Assembly (NCBI GenBank): GCA_964421955.1
Contig: CAYQYU010000004.1
Location: 1 to 64,000, forward strand
DNA length: 64,000 nt
Direction: 5' to 3'
From: an uncultured archaeon
GTDB taxonomy: Archaea > Nanohalarchaeota > Nanosalinia > Nanosalinales > Nanosalinaceae
Both the position numbers and the translations under genes were made by a program. Shown here one piece after another: positions 46,549 to 56,505 of the stretch. How positions within the stretch are numbered: the stretch's first letter is position 1; every line of letters begins with the position of its first letter. The notes below the pieces were generated by a model. That model made no database searches and was not told where the DNA came from. It worked only from the letters and a program-made list of their open reading frames with translations.

Positions 46549-46959
46549 ATGGTACTAGAACAGTACAGTGACGAAATAGAAGCGTACGCTCCTTCAATCG
46601 GCAGAGTTCTGATAGGAGCCTTCTTCCTGTTCCAGGGAGTTACAAAGGTAACCGGTGGTTTCTCCGGATTTGCAGGATTCGTTGGAAGCCTTGGTCTTCC
46701 CGCGCCCACGGCAGTAGCAGGGCTCGTTGTAGCCATTGAGGCTCTGGGAGGGCTCGCTCTACTCCTGGGAATCAGGGCCAGACTGGTCGGCCTCGGGCTT
46801 GCAGCATACCTTCTGCTGGTCAACCTGGTAGCACACCAGTTCTGGACCCAGGCAGATCAACTTCCGACATTCATGAAGAACCTGGCCATCATGGGAGGTC
46901 TCCTGCTACAGTCAGCGCTCGGTTCAGGCGACTACAGCCTGGAAGAATACCTCGAGTAA
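46549..46959 (+). CDS. DoxX-family membrane protein
   Basis: GR.LIG.FF...G..K, E..GG.ALLLG...R, KNLAI.GGLL. Confidence 0.9.
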   Translation: MVLEQYSDEIEAYAPSIGRVLIGAFFLFQGVTKVTGGFSGFAGFVGSLGLPAPTAVAGLVVAIEALGGLALLLGIRARLVGLGLAAYLLLVNLVAHQFWTQADQLPTFMKNLAIMGGLLLQSALGSGDYSLEEYLE

Positions 46960-47000
46960 CGCTTCTACCACCGCTCTTTTTTCTCTATTTTTCGGCCAGA

Positions 47001-48020
47001 CTAGAGCTCACGCGGCACCCTAGAAAGTCTCTCCGAGCCACCCGAAGTAACGAGAACAGTGTCCTCTATACGGCACCCGCCGAGTTCTGGAACGTAGAGC
47101 GCGGGCTCGATCGCAACTACCATGCCTTCCCGGAACTCCTCATCTGATTCTCTCCTGATCGAGGGTTTCTCGTGTGCCTCAATCCCGAGCGAATGACCTG
47201 GGAGGTGTAGTGTATGCCGGTCTGGATCGTATCCCTTCTCCTTGACAAGATCCTGCTCTCGCTCCTGTATCCTGCTGACTGGCAGACCCGGCTCTATCAT
47301 ATCTACTAGCTCGGTCTGGATTTCTTTCACGGCTCGAAAGAGCTCCCGCTGTTCTTCCGAGGGCGAATCACAGTACGTCCTCGTAACATCGGCGCAGTAG
47401 TGCCTGTACCGGGCGCCAGTGTCAACTATAACCATGTCTCCGGATTGAATCTTCTCCCTCTCAGGCAACCTGTGGGGGCTAAGACTGTTTCGCTGGACCA
47501 GGCTCTGGCCCTTGTTCGTCAGGAAGGCGTCCTGGACACCGTTGTCAGAGTAGTGCTGGCTCAGCACCGAGTAGGCATCCCACTCTGTCATACCGGAAAA
47601 GAGCTGTGGGCGAAGTTTTTCGAACGCATGGCCTGTTATCTCGCATGCCCTCCTGATCCTGTCGATTTCTTCCGAAGTCTTGACCTTTCTCACGTCACCC
47701 ATGAAACCTGTCCGTTCGGCCCCAAAGCACTCCTTGAGGCGCTCAGAGCCGGAATCGGTTACAATCCTGCCGCCGTAAAGGCTCTGTCTTTTCTCAAGCA
47801 GATCGTCATAATCCTTACGCGAGCGCGCATAGTCCGGAGAGAAGCCTTCCAGGTCGTGGCGGTAGAAGTTCGAGACCACGATATCCACATCGTCTCTGGT
47901 TACAAACATGTACCCGGAAGCACTTTCACCTATGGCATACCGGAAGTTGGGCTCCTCGGTAATTATCACACAGTCGATATCCCGTTCCCGCATCCGATTC
48001 CTTATTATCTCAAGCGACAT
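47001..48020 (-). CDS. Xaa-Pro peptidase (M24B)
   Basis: D.GA....YCADVTRT, GHSLGIEAHE.P, IEP..Y, RIED. Confidence 0.92.
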   Translation of the reverse strand: MSLEIIRNRMRERDIDCVIITEEPNFRYAIGESASGYMFVTRDDVDIVVSNFYRHDLEGFSPDYARSRKDYDDLLEKRQSLYGGRIVTDSGSERLKECFGAERTGFMGDVRKVKTSEEIDRIRRACEITGHAFEKLRPQLFSGMTEWDAYSVLSQHYSDNGVQDAFLTNKGQSLVQRNSLSPHRLPEREKIQSGDMVIVDTGARYRHYCADVTRTYCDSPSEEQRELFRAVKEIQTELVDMIEPGLPVSRIQEREQDLVKEKGYDPDRHTLHLPGHSLGIEAHEKPSIRRESDEEFREGMVVAIEPALYVPELGGCRIEDTVLVTSGGSERLSRVPREL

Positions 48021-48062
48021 AGAATAAAAACCTGGTCAAAGGGTTAAGTAGTTCAGATGAGT

Positions 48063-48843
48063 GTTCGAAGGCAACGAACATAGAGGTAGTTCAGGCAAGT
48101 TGAACGGTCAGAGTTCAAGAGAGTTCGGATATTCCAAACAGTCTTCGAAACTCGAAGAGAGTTCAGAATTTATGAACACTCGGGCGCAAAATGAGTGTTA
48201 AGTTATCGCGAACAATCATGGTTTTGCGCAAAAGCCCGGAACAAAGAAGGTATAACCGGAACAGGGGAACCAGTGACCTGGTAAAAGAGCCGAGAAAACA
48301 TACCTCCTTTATTATATGCCGAATCCATCTGGATTACCCTTGCCCACGCACCGAAGAAATACCGAAAAACACACTTCACCACATATCATATAAAGGAGGT
48401 TTGTTACAGGGCGCCCGGGAGATCGAGGCCAAAACACCGCCAGGATTGAGAGGTGTTCTCCCAAAATACACACTCCCGCAACATTTCAGGAACCGCCTGT
48501 TCCAGTGTGATCGCCAGATCTGGAGCACAATATCGCGGCTGTTCCCGGTGTAAAGTATGTGGGCCGCAGCCCCGCCCGGTTCTGTTACCGAGATACCTAG
48601 ACCCATCTGGTCAAAAACCTCTTCCAGAAGACCATAAAGGTCGGAGCCACCATATAGAATTAACCCGTTCCCATCGTCCTGTGTATGTGCAATCCTCATT
48701 TAAAGCTCTGGAACGAGGAAAAATAGGTTAGTTACAAAGACTGTTCGTCAGCAACAAACACTCGTGGAAGTGGTACAGGGGTTTTGATCAGAACGTGAAA
48801 ACAGTTCACTTTAAAATAAATGGAATGTTCGTTAAAAATGAAT
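48063..48843. repeat. Array of GTTCR-N7-YGAAC inverted repeats in a long gene-free gap
   Basis: 17-bp sites at 48063, 48089, 48123, 48161, 48197, 48743 and 48827 (0-1 mismatch each). Confidence 0.7.
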
Positions 48844-48913
48844 AGTTCTGGTGTGAGTGAAATTTCAGCATTCAGGAAGAAATAGTTTTCAGGATCTGGA
48901 GAGACGGGTTGAG

Positions 48914-49180
48914 CTACAGCCGGCGAAGGACTTCCTGGAACGCCGCGGCCACGCGTTCTCCCTTCTCCGTGAGACTTACCTTCTTCTTCCTTCCCTTCTT
49001 CCGGAAATCCACGAGGCCGAGATCCTTCATCTTCTGTAGTACCTTGATCGTGTGAGAATAAGTTGCATCAATGTTCCGGGCAATAGCAGAGGCGTAGTTA
49101 CCGGTGTTATTGCGACGTAAATTTACTATTATCTGTACAGGCTTCCTGTTGAGGAAAAACTCCTCCAGATCCTCCCCCAT
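48914..49180 (-). CDS. Winged-helix DNA-binding protein divergent from histone-rpa-radA
   Basis: YASAIARNIDATYSHTIKVLQKMKDLGLVDF...GR...LTEKG. Confidence 0.88.
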   Translation of the reverse strand: MGEDLEEFFLNRKPVQIIVNLRRNNTGNYASAIARNIDATYSHTIKVLQKMKDLGLVDFRKKGRKKKVSLTEKGERVAAAFQEVLRRL

Positions 49181-49297
49181 TTCGGCTATCAAACTAATAT
49201 TGGCGCTGAATCTTAATAAAGATTTTTAAACCGGCTTGGTTGTATTAAAAGCCCGTTTTGTTTATATTATTCGAGAACAAGTGGCTAACATGACAGC

Positions 49298-49495
49298 ATG
49301 GAGTTCTCAATAGCGAAGATGAAAGAGATAATCAAGACCCAGGGAGACAAGAGAGTATCTGAAGAAAGTGCGGAAGAACTCAGGAATGTTCTGGAAAGGT
49401 TCGCCGGCGACATCGCAGAGGAAGCCATAGCCGTCGCCAGGGACGACGGCAGGAAGACCGTTAGAGCCGAAGACATCAAAGAAGCGCTTGCATAA
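49298..49495 (+). CDS. Archaeal histone (second paralogue)
   Basis: Histone fold with RVS..SA and GRKTVRAEDI. Confidence 0.9.
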   Translation: MEFSIAKMKEIIKTQGDKRVSEESAEELRNVLERFAGDIAEEAIAVARDDGRKTVRAEDIKEALA

Positions 49496-49540
49496 AAGCC
49501 GAGGGTCACCAATTTAAGATTTCCGAGACAACTTCTAGAT

Positions 49541-50542
49541 ATGCCTTCTGAAGAAATAGCGAATAAGATAATTGAGGATTCAGACCTTGACGAAGACGAA
49601 CTGGAGGAAGAAGTTGAGGAGAAGATGGAGGAGTTCTCTGGCCTTGTATCTGAAGAGGGAGCGCTCCACCTCGTCGCAAAGGAACACGGTATCGACCTGT
49701 CGGAAGCGACTGAAAACGATCTGAAGATCAAGAATATGGTTCCAGAGATGAGAAATGTGGATATCAAGGCCCGCGTGACAAACATTCTCGAGCCAAATAC
49801 TTTCGAGCGCGATGATGGAGACGGGGGAAAGGTACAGAACGTTATACTTGGAGACGATACGGGAACGATAAGACTGACTCTCTGGGACGACCAGACCGAG
49901 ATTGCGGAGAAAGTAGGCGAAGGCGATGCGATCAAGATAGCCTCCGCATATACCGTCGAGGATAACCGGGGCAACGCGGAGCTAAGGCTGGGTGACGAGG
50001 CCCAGGTCAAGATGGCTGATGACGATGAAGTCCCCGAGGTTGAAGCCTCAGACGGTTCGAGTTCGACAACCGAGGCCGACATAAGAGAGGTGAGATCCGA
50101 GAACGCCAGCTACCGGATCAACGGAATGCTGGTGAATATTTACACGAGCAACCCGTTCTACAACAGGTGCCCTGAATGTGGTAACTCCGTAAGAGAAGAC
50201 GACTCGGGAGACTATCAGTGCCAGGACCACGGAGAGATTGAGGATCCTGACAAGGCGCTTGCAGTCTCCGCCGTTATCGACGACGGGACAGGGAATATCC
50301 GGGCAGTTTTCTTCAGGGAACAGGCCCGGGAGATGCTTGAAGTTGACGAAGAGGTGGAAGAAGATGGAGATATCACTGCAGTCGAGAAGGCTGCTGCAAA
50401 GGCCATAGGGAAGGAATTGGAGATTGAAGGCAGGGCCCGTTACAACGATTACTTTGGAAGACTTGAGATACTCGTAAACGAATTGGAAGAGATAGATCCA
50501 GAGGAAGAAATCCAGAAACTCGTATCACAGATGGAGGCCTAG
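49541..50542 (+). CDS. rpa: Replication protein A (OB folds plus zinc finger)
   Basis: GDDTGTIRLTLWD OB fold; CPEC...CQDH; IDDGTGNIRAVFF. Confidence 0.92.
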   Translation: MPSEEIANKIIEDSDLDEDELEEEVEEKMEEFSGLVSEEGALHLVAKEHGIDLSEATENDLKIKNMVPEMRNVDIKARVTNILEPNTFERDDGDGGKVQNVILGDDTGTIRLTLWDDQTEIAEKVGEGDAIKIASAYTVEDNRGNAELRLGDEAQVKMADDDEVPEVEASDGSSSTTEADIREVRSENASYRINGMLVNIYTSNPFYNRCPECGNSVREDDSGDYQCQDHGEIEDPDKALAVSAVIDDGTGNIRAVFFREQAREMLEVDEEVEEDGDITAVEKAAAKAIGKELEIEGRARYNDYFGRLEILVNELEEIDPEEEIQKLVSQMEA

Positions 50543-50545
50543 CTC

Positions 50546-51490
50546 ATGAGCGACGACATAGAACTTGAAGAACTATCCGGAGTAGGAGAAAAGACAGCGG
50601 AAAAGTTGAGAGAGGCAGGCTACGACGACATCATGTCGATAGCGACGATGTCTGCAGGAGACCTGGGCGAGGTCGCAGATCTGGGCGAGAAAAAGGCCCA
50701 GGGAATCATAACTTCGGCACGAAAGCACCTGGATATCGGCTTCGAGACCGGTCAGGACAAGTACGAGACCCGGAAGGACATGAAGAGAATTTCTACTGGC
50801 TCCGAGGAGTTCGACGAGATTCTCGGCGGCGGAGTCGAGACCCAGGCAATAACCGAGCTATACGGAGAATACGGTTCCGCCAAAACTCAGATCGCTCACC
50901 AGCTTTCCGTCAACGTGCAGCTGCCAGAAGAAGATGGCGGACTGGGGCGAGGAGTTGTCTTCATCGATACCGAGGACACCTTCATCCCTGAGAGAATCGA
51001 GCAGATGGCTGAGAGATACGACCTTGATGCACAGGAAGTGCTTGAGAACATACATGTTGCCCGCGCATTCAATTCGGACCACCAGATGCTGCTCGCGGAC
51101 GAGGCCCAGGATATCTGCCAGCGCGAAGACATAGGATTAATCATAGTAGATTCGCTCACCGCCCAGTTCAGGTCTGACTACGTTGGAAGGGGAGAACTGG
51201 CGAAGAGACAGCAGAAGCTGAACAGGCACATGAACACGCTTCTACGGCTGGCGAACGCACATAATGCGGCGATAGTCGTCACGAACCAGGTCATGGCCAA
51301 CCCGGACCAGATGTTTGGCAACCCGACAAAGGCGATCGGAGGACATATCGTGGCTCACAACTCCGCAGTAAGGCTCTATCTCAGAAAGTCGAAGAAGGAC
51401 AAGCGCATCGCCCGTTTAGTCGACAGCCCGTACATGCCCGAGGGAGAGGCTGTCTTCAAGGTCAAGGACCGTGGAATTATCGACGCCTAA
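50546..51490 (+). CDS. radA: Recombinase RadA
   Basis: N-terminal Hh[32 protein letters not shown]. Confidence 0.97.
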   Translation: MSDDIELEELSGVGEKTAEKLREAGYDDIMSIATMSAGDLGEVADLGEKKAQGIITSARKHLDIGFETGQDKYETRKDMKRISTGSEEFDEILGGGVETQAITELYGEYGSAKTQIAHQLSVNVQLPEEDGGLGRGVVFIDTEDTFIPERIEQMAERYDLDAQEVLENIHVARAFNSDHQMLLADEAQDICQREDIGLIIVDSLTAQFRSDYVGRGELAKRQQKLNRHMNTLLRLANAHNAAIVVTNQVMANPDQMFGNPTKAIGGHIVAHNSAVRLYLRKSKKDKRIARLVDSPYMPEGEAVFKVKDRGIIDA

Positions 51491-51537
51491 GACCTAATTC
51501 TAAGGTATACTTCCGACTAAGAATCTCTGCCCGGAAT

Positions 51538-51798
51538 TTACATTATATCGTCTTCGGAGACGATAACAAAGTCGCCCACAGAACGTACGGCGGAGAAAGG
51601 GATGATGTGGCGGCCTTTCTGGTCTTCCTGGAGCTTTACCTCGTCCAGATGCTTGGTGGTGTCGGTTACAAGAATATTCATTAGTTCGCCTGTATCCGCA
51701 ACGAATGAAACGTCCTCTACCTCTCCGAATTTTTTGCCGTGTTCTTCAGAAACAATTGTCTTTCCTATGAGTTCTTTCGCTCGAGGTTTGTTCGCCAT
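51538..51798 (-). CDS. PRC-barrel protein (CdpB-like cell-division family)
   Basis: LIGKTIVS..G..FG.V.D......TGE...IPFSAVRSVGDFVIV; start reassigned to 51798. Confidence 0.85.
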   Translation of the reverse strand: MANKPRAKELIGKTIVSEEHGKKFGEVEDVSFVADTGELMNILVTDTTKHLDEVKLQEDQKGRHIIPFSAVRSVGDFVIVSEDDIM

Positions 51799-51850
51799 AC
51801 TTTTTCGACCTGTATAATAGTTTATCAGGCAGGGACTATTAAAAATCTGT

Positions 51851-52387
51851 ATGGCGCGCGTCTTCACCGCGGTCGATATAGAGGATTCTGACCTGAAAAA
51901 GGAGCTGAAACACGTCCAGAAAACCATAGACCTGGGTTTTAACGCGGTTCCGGGCGAGAAGATGCATATCACGCTCGAGTTCTTTGAAGACGTTGACGAC
52001 GAAGAGATCAGGGAGATAAAGTCCGTGATGGATAATATCGATGTCGAGCATTTTGAGATAGAAGTGAAGGGTCTGGGCGCCTTTCCGTCTGAAGATTACA
52101 TACGCGTGCTCTGGGCTGGAATAGAATCCGAAAAGATGCATGAACTCTACCGACAGGTCTCGGATCATGAAATGGATGCGAGCAACAACCACGACTTCGA
52201 GCCTCACGTCACAATTGCGAGGGTAAAAGATCTTTCACCCGGGAAGAAGAAAAAGCTGCAGAAAAGCCTCAGGGAGTTCCACGACCATTACTTCGGAAGC
52301 ATGAAGGTTGACAGGGTAAAACTGTTCGAGAGCCGTCTCACGGGCAAGGGCTCCAGCTACATGCTGGTCCACGAGGAAAAATTATGA
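51851..52387 (+). CDS. thpR: RNA 2',3'-cyclic phosphodiesterase (2H family)
   Basis: HITL and PHVTIAR motifs. Confidence 0.92.
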   Translation: MARVFTAVDIEDSDLKKELKHVQKTIDLGFNAVPGEKMHITLEFFEDVDDEEIREIKSVMDNIDVEHFEIEVKGLGAFPSEDYIRVLWAGIESEKMHELYRQVSDHEMDASNNHDFEPHVTIARVKDLSPGKKKKLQKSLREFHDHYFGSMKVDRVKLFESRLTGKGSSYMLVHEEKL

Positions 52388-52725
52388 GAAGGAAGAATGT
52401 ATACCGTATCAGCGTCTTCCTCGCCGCTATAGGGCTCGTCCTGATCTACTTCTCCAGTCTCTACCTGACTATAGACCAGGTACGTATCGGGGATATCGAC
52501 AGGAGCTGGTCGGGCAAGAACGTGAAGATATCAGGAAACGTCACCAGCTTTTCAACTTCGAGCGGCCATGCATTCATAGATGTTGAAGACTCCTCTGGCG
52601 AAATTCTCGTGGTTGACTTTGACTCCGATCTGGAGCTGGAGCGAGCTGACACAGTAAATGTTACGGGCCACGTCTCGGTCTACAAGGGCACTCTGGAGGT
52701 CATCGCTAAAGAGGTTCAGAAGTAG
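52384..52725 (+). CDS. Membrane-anchored OB-fold protein
   Basis: N-terminal TM; V.ISG.V...D.SG.I.VV.F...V.VTG.V..YKG.LE. Confidence 0.8.
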   Translation: MRRKNVYRISVFLAAIGLVLIYFSSLYLTIDQVRIGDIDRSWSGKNVKISGNVTSFSTSSGHAFIDVEDSSGEILVVDFDSDLELERADTVNVTGHVSVYKGTLEVIAKEVQK

Positions 52726-53762
52726 TCTTCCATCGTTCCAAAGGCGTCTTCCAGGAAATCTACAGTCTCTTCCACGTCCGAAATCTTGACGACCTCTGTC
52801 GGAGAGTGAATGTGCCTGGTAGGTATCCCTAGAGAGCCTGTCGGTATGCCGTCCCGCGATATGTAGATGCTGGCCGCATCAGTCGCTCCACCTTCGTAAA
52901 GGGCGCGGTGGTAGTTGTGATCCTCGTCTTCGGCAGTTTCGAGAAGCCAGTTCCTGACCTTTTCCGGTGTTATCAGGCCCCGGCCTCCTGCCTGTAGCAT
53001 GTCTATACCTGCTCCGTCTCCGGTCTCGACATCGGACTCGTCTGGTTCAATTCCTGGGACACCGCCCGCCATCGAGATGTCAACAGCGAGGGCAATATCA
53101 GGATCTATACCAAAGGCAGAGGTCCTGGCTCCTTTCGTTCCAACCTCTTCCTGTGTAGAGAACACGATCGCGAGCTCGTAGTCCTCATCAAATTTCTTCA
53201 GGGCCTCAATTGCTACTGCGCACCCGACACGGTTGTCGAATGCTGGAGCGGTCACGTAGTCGTTGCCAAGTTCTTCAAGTTCACGGTCGTAGGAGATATA
53301 GTCGCCTACCCGGACACCCATTTCTTCAGCGTCTTCCTCATCTTCTGCACCTATATCGATGAAGAGTTTGCTCATCTCGGGCACTTCACGGATGTTGTCA
53401 TTCTCTCCTTTCTGGAGGTGTGGAGGCTTTGCGGAAGCCACTCCGAAGATATCGCCTCCTTCAGAAGTGTGGATTCTGAACCGCTGGTTGATCACGCCTG
53501 TCTCGAACATGCCTCCTACCTTTGTAAAACGCAGAAATCCGTTCTCATCGATTCTCTTGACCGTAAGACCGATCTGGTCCATATGGGCGGCGACCATCAG
53601 CGTCTTATCCCCGTCGCCTTTCCTCGCTACAAGGTTGCCCATGTCGTCAACTTCTATCTCATCTGCATGCTCTTCTACCTTTTCACGGATTACTTCCCTT
53701 ATTTGATGCTCGTCTCCTGATACGCCAGGTGTCTCGACCAGTTCCTTTAGAAGCTGTTTCAT
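52716..53762 (-). CDS. M42 (TET) aminopeptidase
   Basis: AAHMDQIG, DNRVGC, QEEVG, GATDA, RHIHSP. Confidence 0.95.
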   Translation of the reverse strand: MKQLLKELVETPGVSGDEHQIREVIREKVEEHADEIEVDDMGNLVARKGDGDKTLMVAAHMDQIGLTVKRIDENGFLRFTKVGGMFETGVINQRFRIHTSEGGDIFGVASAKPPHLQKGENDNIREVPEMSKLFIDIGAEDEEDAEEMGVRVGDYISYDRELEELGNDYVTAPAFDNRVGCAVAIEALKKFDEDYELAIVFSTQEEVGTKGARTSAFGIDPDIALAVDISMAGGVPGIEPDESDVETGDGAGIDMLQAGGRGLITPEKVRNWLLETAEDEDHNYHRALYEGGATDAASIYISRDGIPTGSLGIPTRHIHSPTEVVKISDVEETVDFLEDAFGTMEDYF

Positions 53763-53813
53763 AAACCAGATTTGGAATCAAAGCTTTAAATTGTCAATCT
53801 ACAGTGGACTTAC

Positions 53814-54194
53814 ATGCTGCTCTACATCTTCATCCTGCTGTTCCTGCTGCCGTTTATCGACTTCTGGATACTGTTCAAGATATCCTCGATCATAGGTTTC
53901 TGGCAGACCCTTGCAATTGTACTTCTGACAGGGATAGTGGGAGCGGAGCTGGTCAGGAGGGAAGGCCGCTTCGTTCTCGAAAAGCTCATGACCTCGGTGA
54001 CTGCTGAAGAAGTATCCCGGAACTTTATAGAAGGCGCGTTACTGGTACTTTCAGGACTCCTGCTGATAGTTCCGGGCCTGATATCCGACTTTCTAGGCGC
54101 TCTCGTGCTGCTAAGACCTTTGAGAGAGCGGCTGGTGGTGAAGCTCTCCAGCCGTGCGAAGAGCCAGATGAACTTCGAGGTCAGAACGTTCTAG
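53814..54194 (+). CDS. fxsA: FxsA-family membrane protein
   Basis: GLLLIVPGLISDFLG motif. Confidence 0.88.
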   Translation: MLLYIFILLFLLPFIDFWILFKISSIIGFWQTLAIVLLTGIVGAELVRREGRFVLEKLMTSVTAEEVSRNFIEGALLVLSGLLLIVPGLISDFLGALVLLRPLRERLVVKLSSRAKSQMNFEVRTF

Positions 54195-54889
54195 GCCCTC
54201 AGAGACGCGAAGACAGACACAGCAAACACCGCCAGGCCTAGCTCTGAGGGAAGATCATAGCCGAACTGTGATGCTGCAATGAAAAGCAGAACCAGTGCTC
54301 CTCCCCTCTTCACGTACAATATGTTCATCCCCCTGTCAGCCAGGTAGGATGCGGCGTAGAGACCGATGATTGCGATCAACACGGTCGAAACCGCGGGCAC
54401 CAGGTACTGGAGGCTGAAGCCGAGCGCCGCAGGATTCTTTACCGAGAGTACAAGACCGGTCAGTATCACGGCGGACGTCGAAAGCTTCTCTGCAATCCTG
54501 ACTTCTGCTAAATGCGATGCAATCACCAGAAGCGCCAGCCCTGCGGCATACCGCAGTCTCGAGACGTAGAATAGCTGCTCGAATACCGGAGCAACTATTG
54601 CAACGGCCACGGCACCTATTATCAGGGGTGGAGTAGCCTTCAGAACCATTATTCTAGCCTCTTGCCTCGTATCTGCGTAGGAGTATAGAACCGCGAGAGC
54701 TCCTGCACCTGTGAAGATCGTGAGGCCCACGGCCACGACATCGGAAAAGGTGGAGACTGCTCCCGTCACGAGCAGCGTGGCGAACACACCATCAATCAAC
54801 GGGAGACAGAGGATGAAGACGAGTCTGCGCGTGCCTTCGTCCGCTGTCAGATGCCGTGAAGCGCCGTCTCTAAGTTGTTCCAGAACCAT
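54191..54889 (-). CDS. Haloarchaeal-type multi-TM protein (DUF5794-like)
   Basis: LPLIDGVFATL motif, about 7 TMs. Confidence 0.75.
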   Translation of the reverse strand: MVLEQLRDGASRHLTADEGTRRLVFILCLPLIDGVFATLLVTGAVSTFSDVVAVGLTIFTGAGALAVLYSYADTRQEARIMVLKATPPLIIGAVAVAIVAPVFEQLFYVSRLRYAAGLALLVIASHLAEVRIAEKLSTSAVILTGLVLSVKNPAALGFSLQYLVPAVSTVLIAIIGLYAASYLADRGMNILYVKRGGALVLLFIAASQFGYDLPSELGLAVFAVSVFASLRA

Positions 54890-55082
54890 AAAGAAAACCT
54901 CGAGAAACCCGGGATGGCTCTGGGACCTCTAGTTAAAGTTAAACTCGGTCCCAGTGAAATTCTTGGTAAACTTGAACTTGGGCAGCGCTGCGACTATTTT
55001 AGCGGCGCCAGAAACATCCGGTCTTATACTGCAGGCTGCCATCGTAACCGGAATTGGGTATGGAATTATTAAAAACCTGCTG

Positions 55083-56039
55083 TCAGTTGTCGAGGAAAAC
55101 CGGTTTCTCTCCATCAAGAACCTTCTTGTCGTCAAACCAGACAGTTGGTGACTTGCATACCGCGTCCCAGTGAAGACCTGCCTCAACTCTTCTGGGATCT
55201 GCCTCCGGAACGTACGAGGAATTGTCGCCAAAAGCGATATGGACAGTTCCGAGGACCTTCTCGTCCTGGAGGAGATTGCCGATCAACTCTGCCTCAGGGT
55301 TGGTCCCGAAACCGAACTCGGCGATATTTTTCGCACCATCCACCCCATCAAACTTCCTCTCGAGCGTATTGTAGCCGTCTGACTTGACTGCCACAACCTC
55401 GCTATCCCCTATCTCGACCTCTGTTCCCTCAGAGTCAGGCGCGAGCGAGAGCTGGTCGATAACCAGGATGCCGTTTACATCTACTGGAGCTCCATCTGCC
55501 TCTCCGGCCGGAAGATTGCCGAACTCGCCCGGATTGTGGATCAGACCCGTATCTGTGTGGAAGTAGTCTATGTTAACACCAAATCTAAGATCGGTACCTG
55601 AAGGAGTCTTGATCCTGACCTCCGAGGTCTCCGATAACATGGAGTAGACCTTCTCCGAGATTTCTTCTACGCGGGAATAGTCAGCCTGGAGAGACGTGTT
55701 CCAGATTTCTTTCGTTATTCCCGGAAGTGTCGCGCCCCTGGCACCGTTCTCACACGCCTCGACTCTCGCCTGGGTATGGGAGAGCGACTTCTTCGTGGGT
55801 GCTATGAAAACATCGGAGTTTCTGAGAGCGGTCGCAACTCTTTCGGGGGGCTCCTCGCCCTGGTTATCAGTCTCCTCGTACTCGATATACTCGTGTCCAC
55901 GGGTTCTTTGATCAACTGCTTTTCTCAGCGCTTCGATTAGATCGTGATCATTACCATCGTTCACAACCACCACTTTCTCCTCACGAGAAATGTCGAGGCA
56001 CTGGTTGACTATGGTTTCTGCTCCCCTTTCAAGAGACAT
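55083..56039 (-). CDS. M29-like (AmpS/T) aminopeptidase
   Basis: GNLPAGE, NIAEFGFGTNP, DEKVLGTVHIAFG, HWD. Confidence 0.9.
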   Translation of the reverse strand: MSLERGAETIVNQCLDISREEKVVVVNDGNDHDLIEALRKAVDQRTRGHEYIEYEETDNQGEEPPERVATALRNSDVFIAPTKKSLSHTQARVEACENGARGATLPGITKEIWNTSLQADYSRVEEISEKVYSMLSETSEVRIKTPSGTDLRFGVNIDYFHTDTGLIHNPGEFGNLPAGEADGAPVDVNGILVIDQLSLAPDSEGTEVEIGDSEVVAVKSDGYNTLERKFDGVDGAKNIAEFGFGTNPEAELIGNLLQDEKVLGTVHIAFGDNSSYVPEADPRRVEAGLHWDAVCKSPTVWFDDKKVLDGEKPVFLDN

Positions 56040-56083
56040 AGCAACTGCTTGAAGAAAGATTCTGAAATACTTAACCGATTTGT

Positions 56084-56314
56084 TTAAGCAAGTCTTACGG
56101 CGTTTCCTCTTCCCCTGTCAATAAACTCCAGATTGCCTTCACACGCCAGCCATCCAATAGCCATATTAACTCGCGAGCGCGGGGCATCCACCGCGTCCAC
56201 AACACTTGATAATGATGCCTCTCCTTCGTCTTCAAGGAAATTCCAGACTTCTCCTGCAACTTCTCCTATCCTGTTCTGCACTACTGCCACCTCTAGTAGT
56301 TCAGACTTGCTCAA
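56084..56314 (-). CDS. Small wHTH protein (DUF2582-like)
   Basis: IGE.AG.VW.FL ... MAIGWLA.EG. Confidence 0.85.
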   Translation of the reverse strand: MSKSELLEVAVVQNRIGEVAGEVWNFLEDEGEASLSSVVDAVDAPRSRVNMAIGWLACEGNLEFIDRGRGNAVRLA

Positions 56315-56358
56315 CCTAGTTTAAAAATTATAGAGACCATCATCTCATAACGAACAAG

Positions 56359-56505
56359 GCCTCGGTGGCTCAGTCTGGCTAGAGCGGTCCCCTCGTAGCA
56401 GCTTACAGTTCGAAGCCTGCTCTCCTTGGCGAGTGCAGAGCATGTTGATCGAACTGACAGCAGTTCGATAGGGACAGATCCCGGGTTCAAATCCCGGTCG
56501 AGGCT
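56359..56505 (+). tRNA. tRNA-Thr(CGT) with a 72-nt intron at 37/38 (56398-56469); CCA not encoded
   Basis: Acceptor GCCTCGG/TCGAGGC plus T73, D arm GCTC..GAGC, anticodon stem GTCCC/GGGAC, T arm CCGGG-TTCAAAT-CCCGG. Confidence 0.92.

Noticed and set aside
48051-48213. CRISPR array interpretation of the GTTC...GAAC repeats
   Set aside because: Only the 5-bp arms are conserved, spacing is 26-38 bp and irregular, and there are no cas genes
48376-48699. 107-aa minus-strand ORF and overlapping plus-strand ORFs in the repeat-flanked gap
   Set aside because: Not acidic like the rest of the proteome, no recognisable motif, and similar-length ORFs on both strands; treated as probably non-coding
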